Below are positions 1 to 11,900 of a DNA stretch of 64,000 nt, one piece after another. Location of the stretch: positions 372,001 to 436,000 of the forward strand of contig VJWM01000134.1 in the NCBI GenBank assembly GCA_010909165.1. Reading direction: 5' to 3'. The notes beneath the pieces are model-generated. The model saw nothing but the letters and a program-made list of their open reading frames with translations, searched no databases and was not told the origin of the DNA. The DNA comes from Anthoceros angustus (taxonomy: Eukaryota; Plantae; Anthocerotophyta). Both the position numbers and the translations under genes were made by a program. The first letter of the stretch is position 1. Each line of letters starts with the position of its first letter.

Positions 1-18
1 TGCGCGCATGGGGGCGCC

Positions 19-320
19 CTGCACCCAATGCACATCAAGTTACAAGCTAGAGGGCTCCAACATTAATATATAATATGTATTTTTCATGTACATATAACAT
101 GTATTATAATATGTATATATAATATGTATATATAACATATATCATAGCATATATAATTTATAATATAGATTATAACATGTCTCTTTTTTCTAGCACCCAA
201 TCCATATTATGTTATAATCTTTTTTCCAGCACCCAATGCATGTTACGTTGATTTTAGCACTGAATGCACATTATGTTACAACTTTCTTTTCTAGCACACA
301 ATGCACATTATGTTACAACT
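19..320. repeat. Imperfect ~30-35 bp repeats (consensus ctagcacccaatgcacattatgttacaact), about 5 copies in AT-rich DNA
   Basis: Motif read directly near 19, 190, 226, 255 and 291. Confidence 0.6.
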
Positions 321-1344
321 TAGAACATTAATACCAATATGTAATATACATCGTCACATAGTCTCCTTTTTTCTAGTTGTATGTGTGAGGTACCATAAGT
401 GTGGATGTTTGTACATCTACTGACCGGCCTATATGTCACAGCAAGCAACCGAATGCCTTTATTTCATATGTTTGTATCTCACAGTACCCATATATATTGC
501 TAGTTCATGTAGATGGACTCGCAAACAATTACTAACAACGTAGGAAAGGGGTTCACATACATACCTCGCTTCTTAGTCTCATAAAAACATTTCGCCAAAC
601 CCAAATTCTGTAATAGCAGTATAATACATTTGGCCGTGACTAATGTAAATATTTTTCTAGATTGATATATGAGATCAGGAACACAGTCACATTTTCTACT
701 ATTACTCTAGCAGGATTCTCCTTAATTGAGTTACTAAGTAGAAATTAGCATAGGTTAACCTGTTTTGACTTGTATTTTAGCTTTAAAAAAACCGATACAA
801 TTATTTTTTTAACAATTGAGTTCCTGTATTATGTTCGTAGAGTCTTCCCTCGTAATACTATTTTGCCTCCAATGAAGCCTTCCCAGGCTAAGAAAGGCTT
901 CATTAGAACCAAATTCAACTAGTAAATATCTTTACGAAACAGTTTTGTCACAAGGGAAAGAATGCCTTGTTGTATAGATATAAGAAGATTCACTTTTGTA
1001 TCTAGGGTATCTTGGGCTTTGGTTTTTAAATGTTTTGGACATTGGCAATGGCTTTCAATCGTTAAAAGCTCAGAAGGACGAGAGCGATCTTCCTTCAATA
1101 TTCGTAAAAGAATTAAGCATTTAATAAATGGATTCAAGGAGAGGAAAAGGGATAAACAACAACGCTTTTATCTTTATACACCTAGGTGAAAACATTTAGC
1201 ATTATTTTCAACTACAACATGGAGTTCTCAAGCGACAAGTTTGTGCTGGAGCAAATGCTTGGGAACAGAAAATGTGGCACGATAATAAATCAATAAATCA
1301 ATCAATCTATATAATATGTAAACATTCAAGAAAATGATTTTTTA

Positions 1345-1719
1345 TTAATCGTAATTAAATACATAGTGCCAACAATCCCCAAGAGTAATTAAATAACAAC
1401 AATCCCTGGGCTGCAGCCCTGATTTGCCTTCCAACCAAACGGATGTTGGGAGGCGTACGTGAGCCACTCGCTTGATTCCTGACCTCTCCTTTTTATGATG
1501 AAGTGGGGCCTGCTCCTCGGGAGGTGGAGCCTGTTCCTCCTCTTTCTTCACCTTTTCTCGGTAATCCTCTCTACTTGCGATTTGCTTTGCCTGTTGCTCA
1601 AGGACTTGTTGCAGCTTCCTTCCTATTGACGGCTTGTCCCTCATGCACCTTCTCTTGCCCTCGCCATCGTAATAAAAGTGGCAATGACATTTTGAGCAAG
1701 TGAAACCCATTTTAGACAT
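1345..1719 (-). other. Small ORF of unknown function (124 aa, N-terminal CxxCxC, charged middle)
   Basis: ORF track. No family recognised. The C-terminus runs into the 34-bp repeat motif, so it may be partly fortuitous. Confidence 0.2.
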
Positions 1720-1844
1720 CTCAAATCCTTTTCTGTAGCACTAATTGGGTTTCTGAATTGATTAAACTCCTGATTTGATCCCTGATTCCAATGATCAATT
1801 AATGTTGTTCATCAACTGATGAACTAATTCACTCCATTGGGTAC

Positions 1845-2154
1845 TCAGACATATTCAATTCGTTCTTTATTGTTCATTTGTCTAAATAGGCATGTTTTCG
1901 ACATAGTGGCATGTAAATATCTTCACCTCCAACAATGATATGGGTTAACAATTTTCCAATTCTATGTGTGCATAGTGCTACCTAATGTACATTTGGCTAA
2001 CAATTTTTCTATTTTATCGGCTAATGGAATCAATTGTAATAACTTTCCAAATGGTTTTTGACAGCTATCCCCATCCAGTCCTGCCATTATAATTTTCTTT
2101 CCTTTCATGTCAGGCTGACTCTTCACAAAATTCTATCAAATCACAGAAGAATTG
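1845..2154 (-). pseudogene. Thymidine kinase (type II/TK1 family) C-terminal half, frameshifted, copy 1
   Basis: Manual minus-strand translation across frameshifts: QFFCDLIEFCEESA(D)MKGKKIIMAGLDGDSCQKPFGKLLQLIPLADKIEKLLAKC...HRIGKLLTHIIVGGEDIYMPLCRKH. This matches the TK1 motifs AGLDGD..RKPFG and IGG.D.Y...CR.H. Intronless and AT-rich. Not in the ORF track. Confidence 0.85.
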
Positions 2155-2719
2155 AATGAAACAGTCGATGCGTGCCAGGCCATTCACGTCATTCACACAC
2201 GACCACATCAAAGCCGAAGCCGTTATAGCTGGATAAGGCTGGGCGGTGCGAACCCTTGGAGGTAAAGGTATTTTGGATTATAAATCAGCTGAAATAGTGG
2301 ATAGGATGAATAGCTTAGGACGGTTAAATACGATAAATACCCATTTATGGTGTCAAAGGGAAAAACGTAACTAACCTTTAGAAACGCGAAACCCAACCCA
2401 TAGAATAGCAAAACCAAGAAACTGCAAAACTGTTTTTCCCATCTCTGTTTTATGATAAAGTCTTTTTTTTTCCTCTTTTTTATAACTCACTCTACAAAGT
2501 AGTACTTAAAATGCTTAAATTAGTATCTAATAGACCTCTCTGGAGTAGGCCTCATAGACTCAAATTAATCAATCAAACATCGCAAATCAATGACCTCTTC
2601 AGTCATGACATCTATGTAAATATATCAATTTATGTTTTGTTATAAAAAAATATTTTTAATAAATAAAAAATCAATATTATATCTATAATATTTTATAAAA
2701 ATCAAATTTTTATTAATTA

Positions 2720-2821
2720 TAATTAAATACATAGTGTCAACAATCCGTAAGGGTAATTAAATACATACTTTCAACAATCCCTAAGAATAATTAAATACAT
2801 ACTGCCAGCAATCCCTAAGCT
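2720..2821. repeat. Three tandem 34-bp repeats (taattaaatacatagtgtcaacaatccgtaaggg-like)
   Basis: Read directly. Related copies at ~1352-1400, 9510-9740 and 17160-17385. Confidence 0.8.
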
Positions 2822-2982
2822 CTAGTTGGTAGGCTCTAATGTTTGATCCTACAAGGGACTCCATCTAAACATGTTATAGTAATCTGTCGACGTTTGATGG
2901 CCGGAACGACATCTTAAGTCATGAAATATATCCCGCTTTGCTCTTATAAGGACTTCAAAGACTTGAACAAGTCTTTGGACAT

Positions 2983-3932
2983 TTAAGCTATCCACATGTC
3001 TTCGAAAAAAGGGTCTTTTGCAATCTCTTTTGTTGTGGTGTATAGTGTCATTCTTCTAGCAAAATTAATCAATTGTTGAAGGTCACATGGTGGTAATTCT
3101 TCATTTTTTATCTCTTGTTCAGTAACGACTTGGACTAGATACTTTATCCATTGTGCATTGACCCTAGGACAACTCTTGTCCCAATGCGAGTCAACAATCT
3201 GATGCACTTGATTCCAAGTACGTTGCAGCCAATAACTATCGGAGTGCGGTTTTTGTACATTCGTGAATAGCACTTCATTGTCGACGAATACGAGAGAATC
3301 CAAAATCTATAATAGATGTCCTTAATCCATATGTTTTGATTCTTTTCTTTGTATTGTTTACTTTGTATAGTTGGGTACTATATTGAGGATGTCCTGCACG
3401 AGCTAGAAGAACATTTTTAATATGAAGATGGCGATGCTCAAACCCTTGTGCCTTTTGTGCCAATGTAATGCGAGAGTCACTTGTAATAACATACTTTTGA
3501 TTTCGTGCAAAGTATGAAATTTGAATGTTAATATAGGAATGCCGCCATCCTCCTGTACAAGAATCATAAACTTTTGATTTGGTGGATATTCTAGAGGAAA
3601 CCTTGAGTTGTTCCACTTTGACCATTCTCGCACAAGTAAGCGATTCGGAGAAAAGGCGCCTCCCACAATGTATGAGATTTGTTACATACAAAGTTAGTGC
3701 ATTGAAAGTCCGTCACGCTCGTAAGGTGGCCAAAGTGTTTGCAATTAATAGTTCCGCATTTAATTATATCAAGATCGTGGTCCTCGTGCTCTTACGAATA
3801 GGTATCACTTTAATTATTTCATTATTGAACATAAATACTTGCAGAGGTTCCTTCATCTATCTTAACCACATAATCAGACTTTGGAGGAGGAGGTGCAATG
3901 GTGCTCATAATGGCAGCTTTCTTCAGCACCAT
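2983..3932 (-). pseudogene. Intronless haspin-family kinase-like gene, type A copy 1 (frameshifted; HRD replaced by HRH)
   Basis: Joined ORFs give KIDEGTSAEVF...IIKVIPI...NQKFMILVQEDGG...KSMLLQVTLAL..AQKAQGFEHRHLHIKNVLL...GLRTSIIDFGFSRI...HWDKSCPRVNAQWIKYL. These are collinear with haspin motifs (KIGEGVFGEVF, QLFIVLEFEFGG, FEHRDLHWGNVLL, SIIDYTLSRL, NVLWLHYL). Confidence 0.85.
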
Positions 3933-4329
3933 TTGTATTTTTTAACTCGCAAAAATGTAATCAGAAAGTTAAGTTAAGAATTAAGTGGTGAGAATGCTTT
4001 CTTTCACTAGCTTCCCACTGACCTTAAAGCTTAGATTATGTTTAGGCTTTGAGAGCCAAGCCTTATTTATATTCTTTATAAGGCTTCGCTCCATTAAGAA
4101 AATTCTAATCTTAGAACTGTATGCAACCTTATTAAAAACCTTTCGACCTATGACTGAATAAGGAACCTTTCATTCATAGGGCGATTAAGAATAATATCTA
4201 TGCGTCCAAATATACAGGTACTATATTGAGTTAATTGCTATGGATTAATATCTATCATTTTTTAATTTTTCCCTCCATGGAGAAAAACCTTTCATCTTTG
4301 AAATACATATGCAAAGTGACATATTTTTG

Positions 4330-4975
4330 CTAATGTGACAAACCGAGCTCATTTGCTGAGTTTTTAGACTCATATAATTTGCCGAGTTCTTAAACTCGTA
4401 TTATCGCTCATCCGCTATCCTCTATCCTCTATCCAATGAAGGTGCGCATTGAGCCAGCTCACACTCGGGAATGAACAGCGGCAAGCCGCTGCTGCCGCCA
4501 ACATCGAGTGGCAAAACGGGAAAAAGAAAAAGAAACCCTACATATATATGGTTAGGTTGCATTGGAAATTTGGCTGTCCAGCACATTTGGCCACATGCTT
4601 CTCTCTGCTTGTAAGTTTCTTGTTGTGTTGCACTTGTCAGCATAGCGATGGCAGGGATACCATAAGGCTTTACCACATGCTCCTAAAGAAGCAACACAAG
4701 TAACATAAGACTTGGATCCATTGCGACAACCAGTTGCTCACAGCCATAGGCACGTAGAGCACTATCCGTGATACACATCCTAGGAGAAATAGTATTGCCT
4801 GCTGACAGGTCTCATTCCACCAGAAAGTAGGCAGATTTGCATCCCCGTTGCTGACAAACCGAACTCTAACTGAATGGCTGTGTCAAATCCAGATTCTGCA
4901 GCCCGATCTGCTCCTCCCTCCATATTCCCTGCTTGCAATGGACGTGACAATTCCAAGGCCAAGCCTTGATTGCTG
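4330..4975. repeat. 'X block', a segment paralogous to 12040-12630 and 19540-20048 (upstream of LSM6)
   Basis: Shared sequence such as ggcaaaacgggaaaa...ccctacatata...ggttaggttgcattggaaattt and gctgacaaaccgaactct. No recognisable protein. Confidence 0.7.
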
Positions 4976-5167
4976 GTTCTGAGTCCGTGCGTTAACCCCA
5001 GACCACCTAAACAATTTAGCTCTGCATTTCGACGTCCAAAAAATATATTACGAGCCCACTCTTTCGTGCCTATTATACACGATTCACGGCAGGGGAGTTA
5101 TAAATAGTCTGCCGATGTCCATCGTCTCCATCGTTTCTTGTATAAAAACTTCTCAGTTCTAAACTGC

Positions 5168-6248
5168 TCAATGACCTTCCTCAGTCCCCTGACTTGAAAA
5201 CAAATCCTTGAACAGAACTGCAACGTCTGCTGCGGAATTCCAAGGATGAACATGGCATTTGACACCATCACTTGCATCAAGGAGCTTCGACAGGGGAACC
5301 TGCGGAGCAAAGTCAGAACGCTGATGCCATCTTAAGTTGTAGCTCAAAGAAGAAGCAGGAAGAAGTGTTGTACCTGATCGTGGAAGAACATAATCATTTT
5401 CTTTGAGACGCAACGCAGGACAGAAATCTCCTCTGCCATCTCCCAGATACACCACCTGCTTTCTGGTTGGAAGGTGAGCATTGTCCAGGATTTTACCCAT
5501 TATTAGACCCTAATCGGCCGAGGAAACTTAGTTAGCTGTAGATACAGTGCAGTTGACACACTTCTCAGTTGCCTGCTTGACGTGAGATCAGCTACCTTGC
5601 ACATATTCGGTGGACACAGCGGACAATTGTGAGGCAGGTCGCTGCAGGGATGAAACGGAAGGATCCGCAAAACCCCACTTGGATCCACATGGGCAGGGTT
5701 GGTATGTATCTGAGAGAACAGATGTCTGATACCGTGGGCCTGAAGAATGGTGTCAATAAACCACGAATTTGCGTCGCTTACTATCTGCAGCTCACACCTG
5801 GATCAGGCACTGTTCCCGCAAATAAGAGTCACCACGGTTTAGCCATGCGCGGCAAACGACATCAAGCAATGTAAACCACCAGTCTTGCATGTTTAAAGCA
5901 ATTTTCACCCCGAAGCTGCTGCGAATTGGACTGCTTCCAGCATTGCTGGATGCAGTGGACAAGTCTTTAAGCACTCCTCAAAGTCCGAAAGACTTCGTCC
6001 ACTGTTATGCAGCTCAGTCACCATTTTATCCTACACGGTTCAGCACATGGGATTCAGTGTACAACGAAGCATTCGAAACATACAGTTTTAACCCAGCAAA
6101 AGCACTTGCAGACCATCAATGCAGTCCAGGGAAGAACGTCTCTCAGAGATTTCATGAGCTCCCAAGAACCAAGCTTCTTCACCAGCCAGGTATCACTGTT
6201 GCAGTCAATCAAAGTGTGATCGAAGTCAAACACAACGAGCTTCTCCAT
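5168..6248 (-). CDS. HAD-family putative phosphatase (PF06888; PHOSPHO1/2, plant PPsPase1/PECP1-like), 5 exons, copy 1
   Basis: Motifs VVFDFDHTLIDCNSD, IVSDANSWFI, HTNP, CPLCPPNMCK, VVYLGDGRGDFCP and GT-AG introns. Two homopolymer 1-bp losses near the last intron relative to copy 2. Confidence 0.85.
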
Positions 6249-7399
6249 TCTACGGTTACGTTGCCTGCCCTCAGTCACCAGATTAGAAGCTTGCAAGCGG
6301 GCACCCTGCTTCCCAACGAGCAAGCACCTCTGACTGCAAAGGGCTGTCGGCTTCCATATCTGAAACCTAGAGCTTTGAACCCACATAACCCCAGGAAGCC
6401 TTGCATCTAGAGAGTGACGGCCTGAAAACGGGCGTGAGAGATGCTGGGCCGCTCATGAGCTGAAGCAAAAGCCGGCGCTTTGTTTAGGGCTGGTCTCCAT
6501 GGTCACCCGCTGACATGCTGCATACCAACGTTGAAACACACGTGGCTGCTCGATATTTTTAAAATATTATAGATATTAAGGGTATACGGCCTATTGAAGG
6601 TTGCTCTTAACATTGTTAGTTTAGGGCAGCCTGCAATATGCCCTATATCCTTTTACAAAAGTGCTTAGGAGTAATTCGCCCAAGACCTTACGTATCAAAG
6701 CTACACTATGCACAAAGCAATCACACAACACATGCAAGTCACTATGGTATGCCCTTGGGTTGGCAGAATTTGCAATTTCTTTCAACTAGGTCCCAATGAC
6801 AAATTCTATGACTCCAATGACATGTGCATTGATCGTCTCATTCTCACACCATTCGATATTAATGGGGCCCGTCTATTGATATGTGCTAGTCGTTCATACT
6901 TGAGTTTATGAACAATCGGATGCTGAAAACCCAGCCTATATTTAAGTGCAAAGTGGATGTGCATCTTGAGAACTTTAATCCAACTTTTGGAGGATCTACA
7001 CTTTATCAACGAAGATATCACTTGACACAACAAAATAAAATAAAACTTCATCAACTTATTTCAAGAATAACATTAAGGGTCTACAAAAATTTTCAACATC
7101 TTGAGTCAAAGGCAACGTTTCACCAACACACTCATACTTTCCTATCACCAACATTAAATATATACTACCAAAATTCTCTAGGAGTTGGTTGGCTCTAATG
7201 TCCGACCCTATACGCGACTCCATCTAAACAGGTTATCGTAAACTTTCGACGATCGGTGGCTGCTGGAACGCCATCCAAGGTCATGAAAGGGATGGAGGCA
7301 TGTCGCCTCTTCATCCCGCTTGCCTTGAAAATATATCACACTTTGCTCTTTTAAGGACCTTGATGAGTTTATCAAGTCCTTGGACATTTATGTCTTCGC

Positions 7400-8381
7400 T
7401 AAAAGGGGTCTTTTCCAATCTCTTTCCCTTCGTCTAGCAAAATTAATCAATTGTTGATTTTGTAATAAGGAAAACAAGACTTTATTATAAAGAAGAGATG
7501 GGAAAAACCCATCCACCCAAAAACAAAGGGGGAAAAACCCAATGAAGGGCACCATGCCGGGGGACTAGCCCCCACGATCATGCATTTGAAAACTACCAAC
7601 CGCCCGAAGAACTTCGTGGTCAGGGATGTGAAAAGGCCTACTTACCACCGGTGTCGAAGAAGTTGCATCTCCCGCGCTCGCTGTTGTTCTATATACTGTG
7701 TTAGCCAACGCCCTCTGCAGAGCGATGGAAACCCTCTGCCGGAAGAAAGCAACAAGAAAGGGGGAGGCCAACCTCATTCCTGTGGCTATGATAAGCCTTG
7801 GCGCAGGCCTTGACAAACTTAGAGAAATCCTTGCCCGTGGCTCCATGAGTCTCAATGGCAAGGGGGACGAAGGCATGGCCGTCACATAGGAGAGTACTTG
7901 TGGACCTTAGCCGTCACAAGATCCCTCCGCCCACATACTTTTGATTTCATAAAGTATGAAATTTGAAGATTAATATAGGTATGCCACCATCCTCCGCATA
8001 ATAATCATAAACTTTTGATTTGGTGGATATTCTAGAGGAAACCTTGAGTTGTTCCACTTTGACCATTCTCGCTTACAAGTAAGCAGTCCGGAGAAAAGGA
8101 GCGCTTCCCACAATGTATGAGATTTGTTACGTACGAAGTTGGTGTAGTAAAATTTTGTCACGTTCTGTAAGGTAGTCAAAGTGATTGCAATTAATAGTTC
8201 CTTACTAATTATATCAAGATCGTGGTCCTCGTGCTCTTTTATGAATAGGCATCACTTTAATTATTTCATTATTGAACATAAATACTTTTGCAGAGGTGCC
8301 TTCATCTATCTTAACCACATAATCGGACCTTGGAGGAGGAGGTGCAATGTTGTTCATGTAGGCAGCTTTCTTCACCATCAT
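7400..8381 (-). pseudogene. Haspin-like kinase type B copy 1; catalytic core deleted and replaced by a LINE fragment
   Basis: N-lobe sequence is paralogous to type A up to EIKSM. LINE sequence follows, then the kinase resumes at QQLINFARR. Confidence 0.8.
7456..7935 (-). mobile_element. 5'-truncated RLE-type (CRE-like) non-LTR retrotransposon 3' end
   Basis: Motifs (G)HAFVPLAIETHG and FFRQRVSIALQR, followed by a 3' UTR with aataaa. Confidence 0.7.
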
Positions 8382-8657
8382 TTACATTTTATACTTGGAA
8401 AATGTAATAAAAAGTTAAGTTGAGAATTAAGTGGTGATAATGCTTTCTTTCACTAGCTTCCTAACGACCTTAAAGTTTAGATTGTGTTTAGGCTTTAAGA
8501 GTCAAACCTTATTTATATTCTTAGGGTTCACTCATCTTGAATCCTTTTTCTCTAGCACTAATTGGGTTTCAAATTAATTAAACTCGATTTCATCCCCGAT
8601 TCCAATGATCAATTAATGTTGTTCATCAATGATGAACTAATTTACTCCATTGGGTAC

Positions 8658-8965
8658 TCGGACATATTCAATTCGTTCTTTATTGTTCATTTGTCTAAAT
8701 AGGCATGTTTTCGACATAGTGGCATGTAAATATCTTCACCTCCAACAATGATATGGGTTAACAATTTTCCAATTCTATGTGTGCATAGTGCTACTTAATG
8801 TACATTTGGCTAACAATTTTTCTATTCTATCGGCTAATGGAATCAATTGTAATAACTTTCCAAATGGTTTTTGACAGCTATCCCCATCCAATCCTGCCAT
8901 TATTTTTTTTTTCTTTTATGTCAGGCTGACTCTTCACAAAATTCTATCAAATCACAGAAGAATTG
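8658..8965 (-). pseudogene. Thymidine kinase C-terminal half, copy 2
   Basis: Near-identical to 1845-2154. Confidence 0.8.
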
Positions 8966-9589
8966 AGTGAAACTGATCGTGCTTGAGGAGCCATTCGCGT
9001 CATTCACACGACCATCTCAAAACCGAGCAATAGCTGGATAAGGCTGGGCGGTGCGAACCCTTGGAGGTAAAGGTATTTTGGATTATAAATCAGCTGAAAT
9101 AGTGGATAGGATGAATAGCTTAGGACGGTTAAATACGATAAATACCCATTTATGGTGTCAAAAGGGAAAAGAAACGTAACTAACCCCTTTAGAAACGCGA
9201 AACCCAACCCATAGAATAGCAAAACCAAGAAACTGCAAAACTGTTTTTCCCATCTCTGTTTTATGATAAAGTCTTTTTTTTTCCTCTTTTTTATAACTCA
9301 CTCTACAAAGTATTACTTAAAATGCTTGGGATAATGCAGCCTCATAGACTCAAATTAATCAATCAAACATCGCAAATCAATGACCTCTTGAGTCATGACA
9401 TCTATGTAAATAGATAAATTTTATTTTTATTATAAAAATATTTTTAATAAATAAAAATCAATATTATATCTATAAAATTCTATAAAATTCTATAAAAATA
9501 TTTTTATTAATTATAATTAAATACATAGTGCCAACAATCCGTAAGGGTAATTAAATACATACTTTCAACAATCCCTAAGAATAATTAAA

Positions 9590-9701
9590 GAAAGAGACGA
9601 TTTATTAAGGTGAAAGAACGATGGAAAGAGACCATCTAGGAAGGGACAGAAAATGGGGACCCGGGGGTCGGAGTGAAGAGGAGCAACTGAGCTCCCTACC
9701 T
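9590..9701 (-). mobile_element. 112-bp LINE 3'-end insertion with 12-bp target-site duplication AGAATAATTAAA
   Basis: TSD copies at 9578-9589 and 9702-9713. Empty site at 2784-2795. The insert resembles the stop/3' UTR at 32580-32675. Confidence 0.8.
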
Positions 9702-9902
9702 AGAATAATTAAATACATGCTGCCAGCAATCCCTAAGCTCTAGTTGGTAGGCTCTAATGTTTGATCCTACAAGGGACTCCATCTAAACATGTTATAGTAA
9801 ACTGTCGACGTTTGATGGCCGGAATGACATCTTAAGTCATGAAATATATATCACGCTTTGCCCTTATAAGGACTTCAAAGACTTGAACAAGTCTTTGGAC
9901 AT

Positions 9903-10853
9903 TTAGGCTATCCACATGTCTTGAAAAAGGGTCTTTTGCAATCTCTTTGTTGTGGTGTATAGTGTCATTCTTCTAGCAAAATTAATCAATTGTTGAAGGT
10001 CACATGGTGGCAATTCTTCATTTTTTATCTCTTGTTCAGTAACGACTTGGACTAGATACTTTATCCATTGTGCATTGACCTAGGACAACTCTTGTCCCAA
10101 TGCGAGTCAACAATCTTATGCACTTGATTCCAAGTACGTTGCAGCCAATAACTATCGGTGCGGTTTTGGTACATTCGTGAATAGCACTTCATTGTCGACG
10201 AATACGAGAGAATCCAAAATCTATAATAGATGTCCTTAATCCATATGTTTTGATTCTTTTCTTTGTATTGTTTACTTTGTATAGTTGGGTACTATATTGA
10301 GGATGTCCCAGACGAGCTAGAAGAACATTTTTAATATGAAGATGGCGATGCTCAAACCCTTGTGCCTTTTGTGCCACGTGTAATGCGAGAGTCACTTGTA
10401 ATAACATACTTTTGATTTCGTGCAAAGTATGAAATTTGAATGTTAATATAGGAATGCCGCCATCCTCCTGTACAAGAATCATAAACTTTTGATTTGGTGG
10501 ATATTCTAGAGGAAACCTTGAGTTGTTCCACTTTGACCATTCTCGCTACAAGTAAGCAGTTCGGAGAAAAGGGGCGCCTCCCACAATGTATGAGATTTGT
10601 TACATACAAAGTTAGTGCATTGAAAGTCCGTCACGTTCTGTAAGGTGGCCAAAGTGTTTGCAATTAATAGTTCTGTACGAATTATATCAAGATCGTGGTC
10701 CTCGTGCTCTTTACGAATAGGTATCACTTTAATTATTTCATTATTGAACATAAATACTTCTGCAGAGGTTCCTTCATCTATCTTAACCACATAATCAGAC
10801 TTTGGAGGAGGAGGTGCAATGGTGCTCATAATGGCAGCTTTCTTCAGCACCAT
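9903..10853 (-). pseudogene. Intronless haspin-like kinase type A copy 2
   Basis: ORFs 10506-10853 and 10189-10482 plus downstream sequence. FEHRHLHIKNVLL and IIDFGFSR present. Confidence 0.85.
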
Positions 10854-11220
10854 TTGTATTTTTTAACTCGCAAAAATGTAATCAGAAAGTTAAGTTAAGA
10901 ATTAAGTGGTGAGAATGCTTTCTTTCACTAGCTTCCCACTGACCTTAAAGCTTAGATTATGTTTAGGCTTTGAGAGCCAAGCCTTATTTATATTCTTTAT
11001 AAGGCTTCGCTCCATTAAGAAAATTCTAATCTTAGAACTGTATGCAACCTTATTAAAACCTTTCGACCTATGACTGAATAAGGAACCTTTCATTCATAGG
11101 GCGATTAAGAATAATATCTATGCGTCCAAATATACAGGTACTATATTGAGTTAATTGCTATGGATTAATATCTATCATTTTTAATTTTTCCTCCATGGAG
11201 AAAAACCTTTCATCTTTTCA

Positions 11221-11900
11221 AGACACAGAACCTTTCATTCATAGGGCGATTAAGAATAATATCTATGCGTCCAAATATACAGGTACTATATTGAGGATGT
11301 CCATCGTCTCCATCGTTTCTTGTTGTGTTGCACTTGTCAGCATAGCGATGGCAGGGATACCATAAGGCTTTACCACATGCTCCTAAAGAAGCAACACAAG
11401 TAACATAAGACTTGGATCCATTGCGACAACCAGTTGCTCACAGCCATAGGCACGTAGAGCACTATCCGTGATACACATCCTAGGAGAAATAGTATTGCCT
11501 GCTGACAGGTCTCATTCCACCAGAAAGTAGGCAGATTTGCATCCCCGTTGCTGACAAACCGAGCTCATTTGCTGAGTTTTTAGACTCATATAATTTGCCG
11601 AGTTCTTAAACTCGTATTATCGCTCATCCGCTATCCTCTATCCAATGTGACAAACCGAACTCTAACTGAATGGCTGTGTCAAATCCAGATTCTGCAGCCC
11701 GATCTGCTCCTCCCTCCATATTCCCTGCTTGCAATGGACGTGACAATTCCAAGGCCAAGCCTTGATTGCTGGTACAATAGGTGATTTTAGGTAGAGAGCT
11801 TATGTGCTCTTTTGACCTCAACCCTCGGGTTTTCAGGTGATTTTAGGTAGAGAGCTTAGTTGCTCTTTTACCTCAACCTCGTGTTTCCTTCTTTTAAATA
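11221..11900. other. Scrambled mosaic of array pieces joined at short shared words (possible assembly or read-correction artefact)
   Basis: Junctions fall at shared words such as ggtactatattgag, gatgtcc, tttcttgt, gacaaaccga and attgctggt. Confidence 0.55.

Noticed and set aside
2155-2480. Segment interrupting TK as a solo LTR
   Set aside because: TG...CA ends can be drawn, but I found no matching target-site duplication or other supporting LTR feature.
2720-2821. 34-bp repeats as a CRISPR array
   Set aside because: The repeats abut without unique spacers, there are no cas genes, and the context is eukaryotic.
3932-4330. Mimivirus-type AAAATTGA early promoter upstream of haspin A
   Set aside because: I did not find the exact motif near the ATG. 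AT-richness alone is not evidence.
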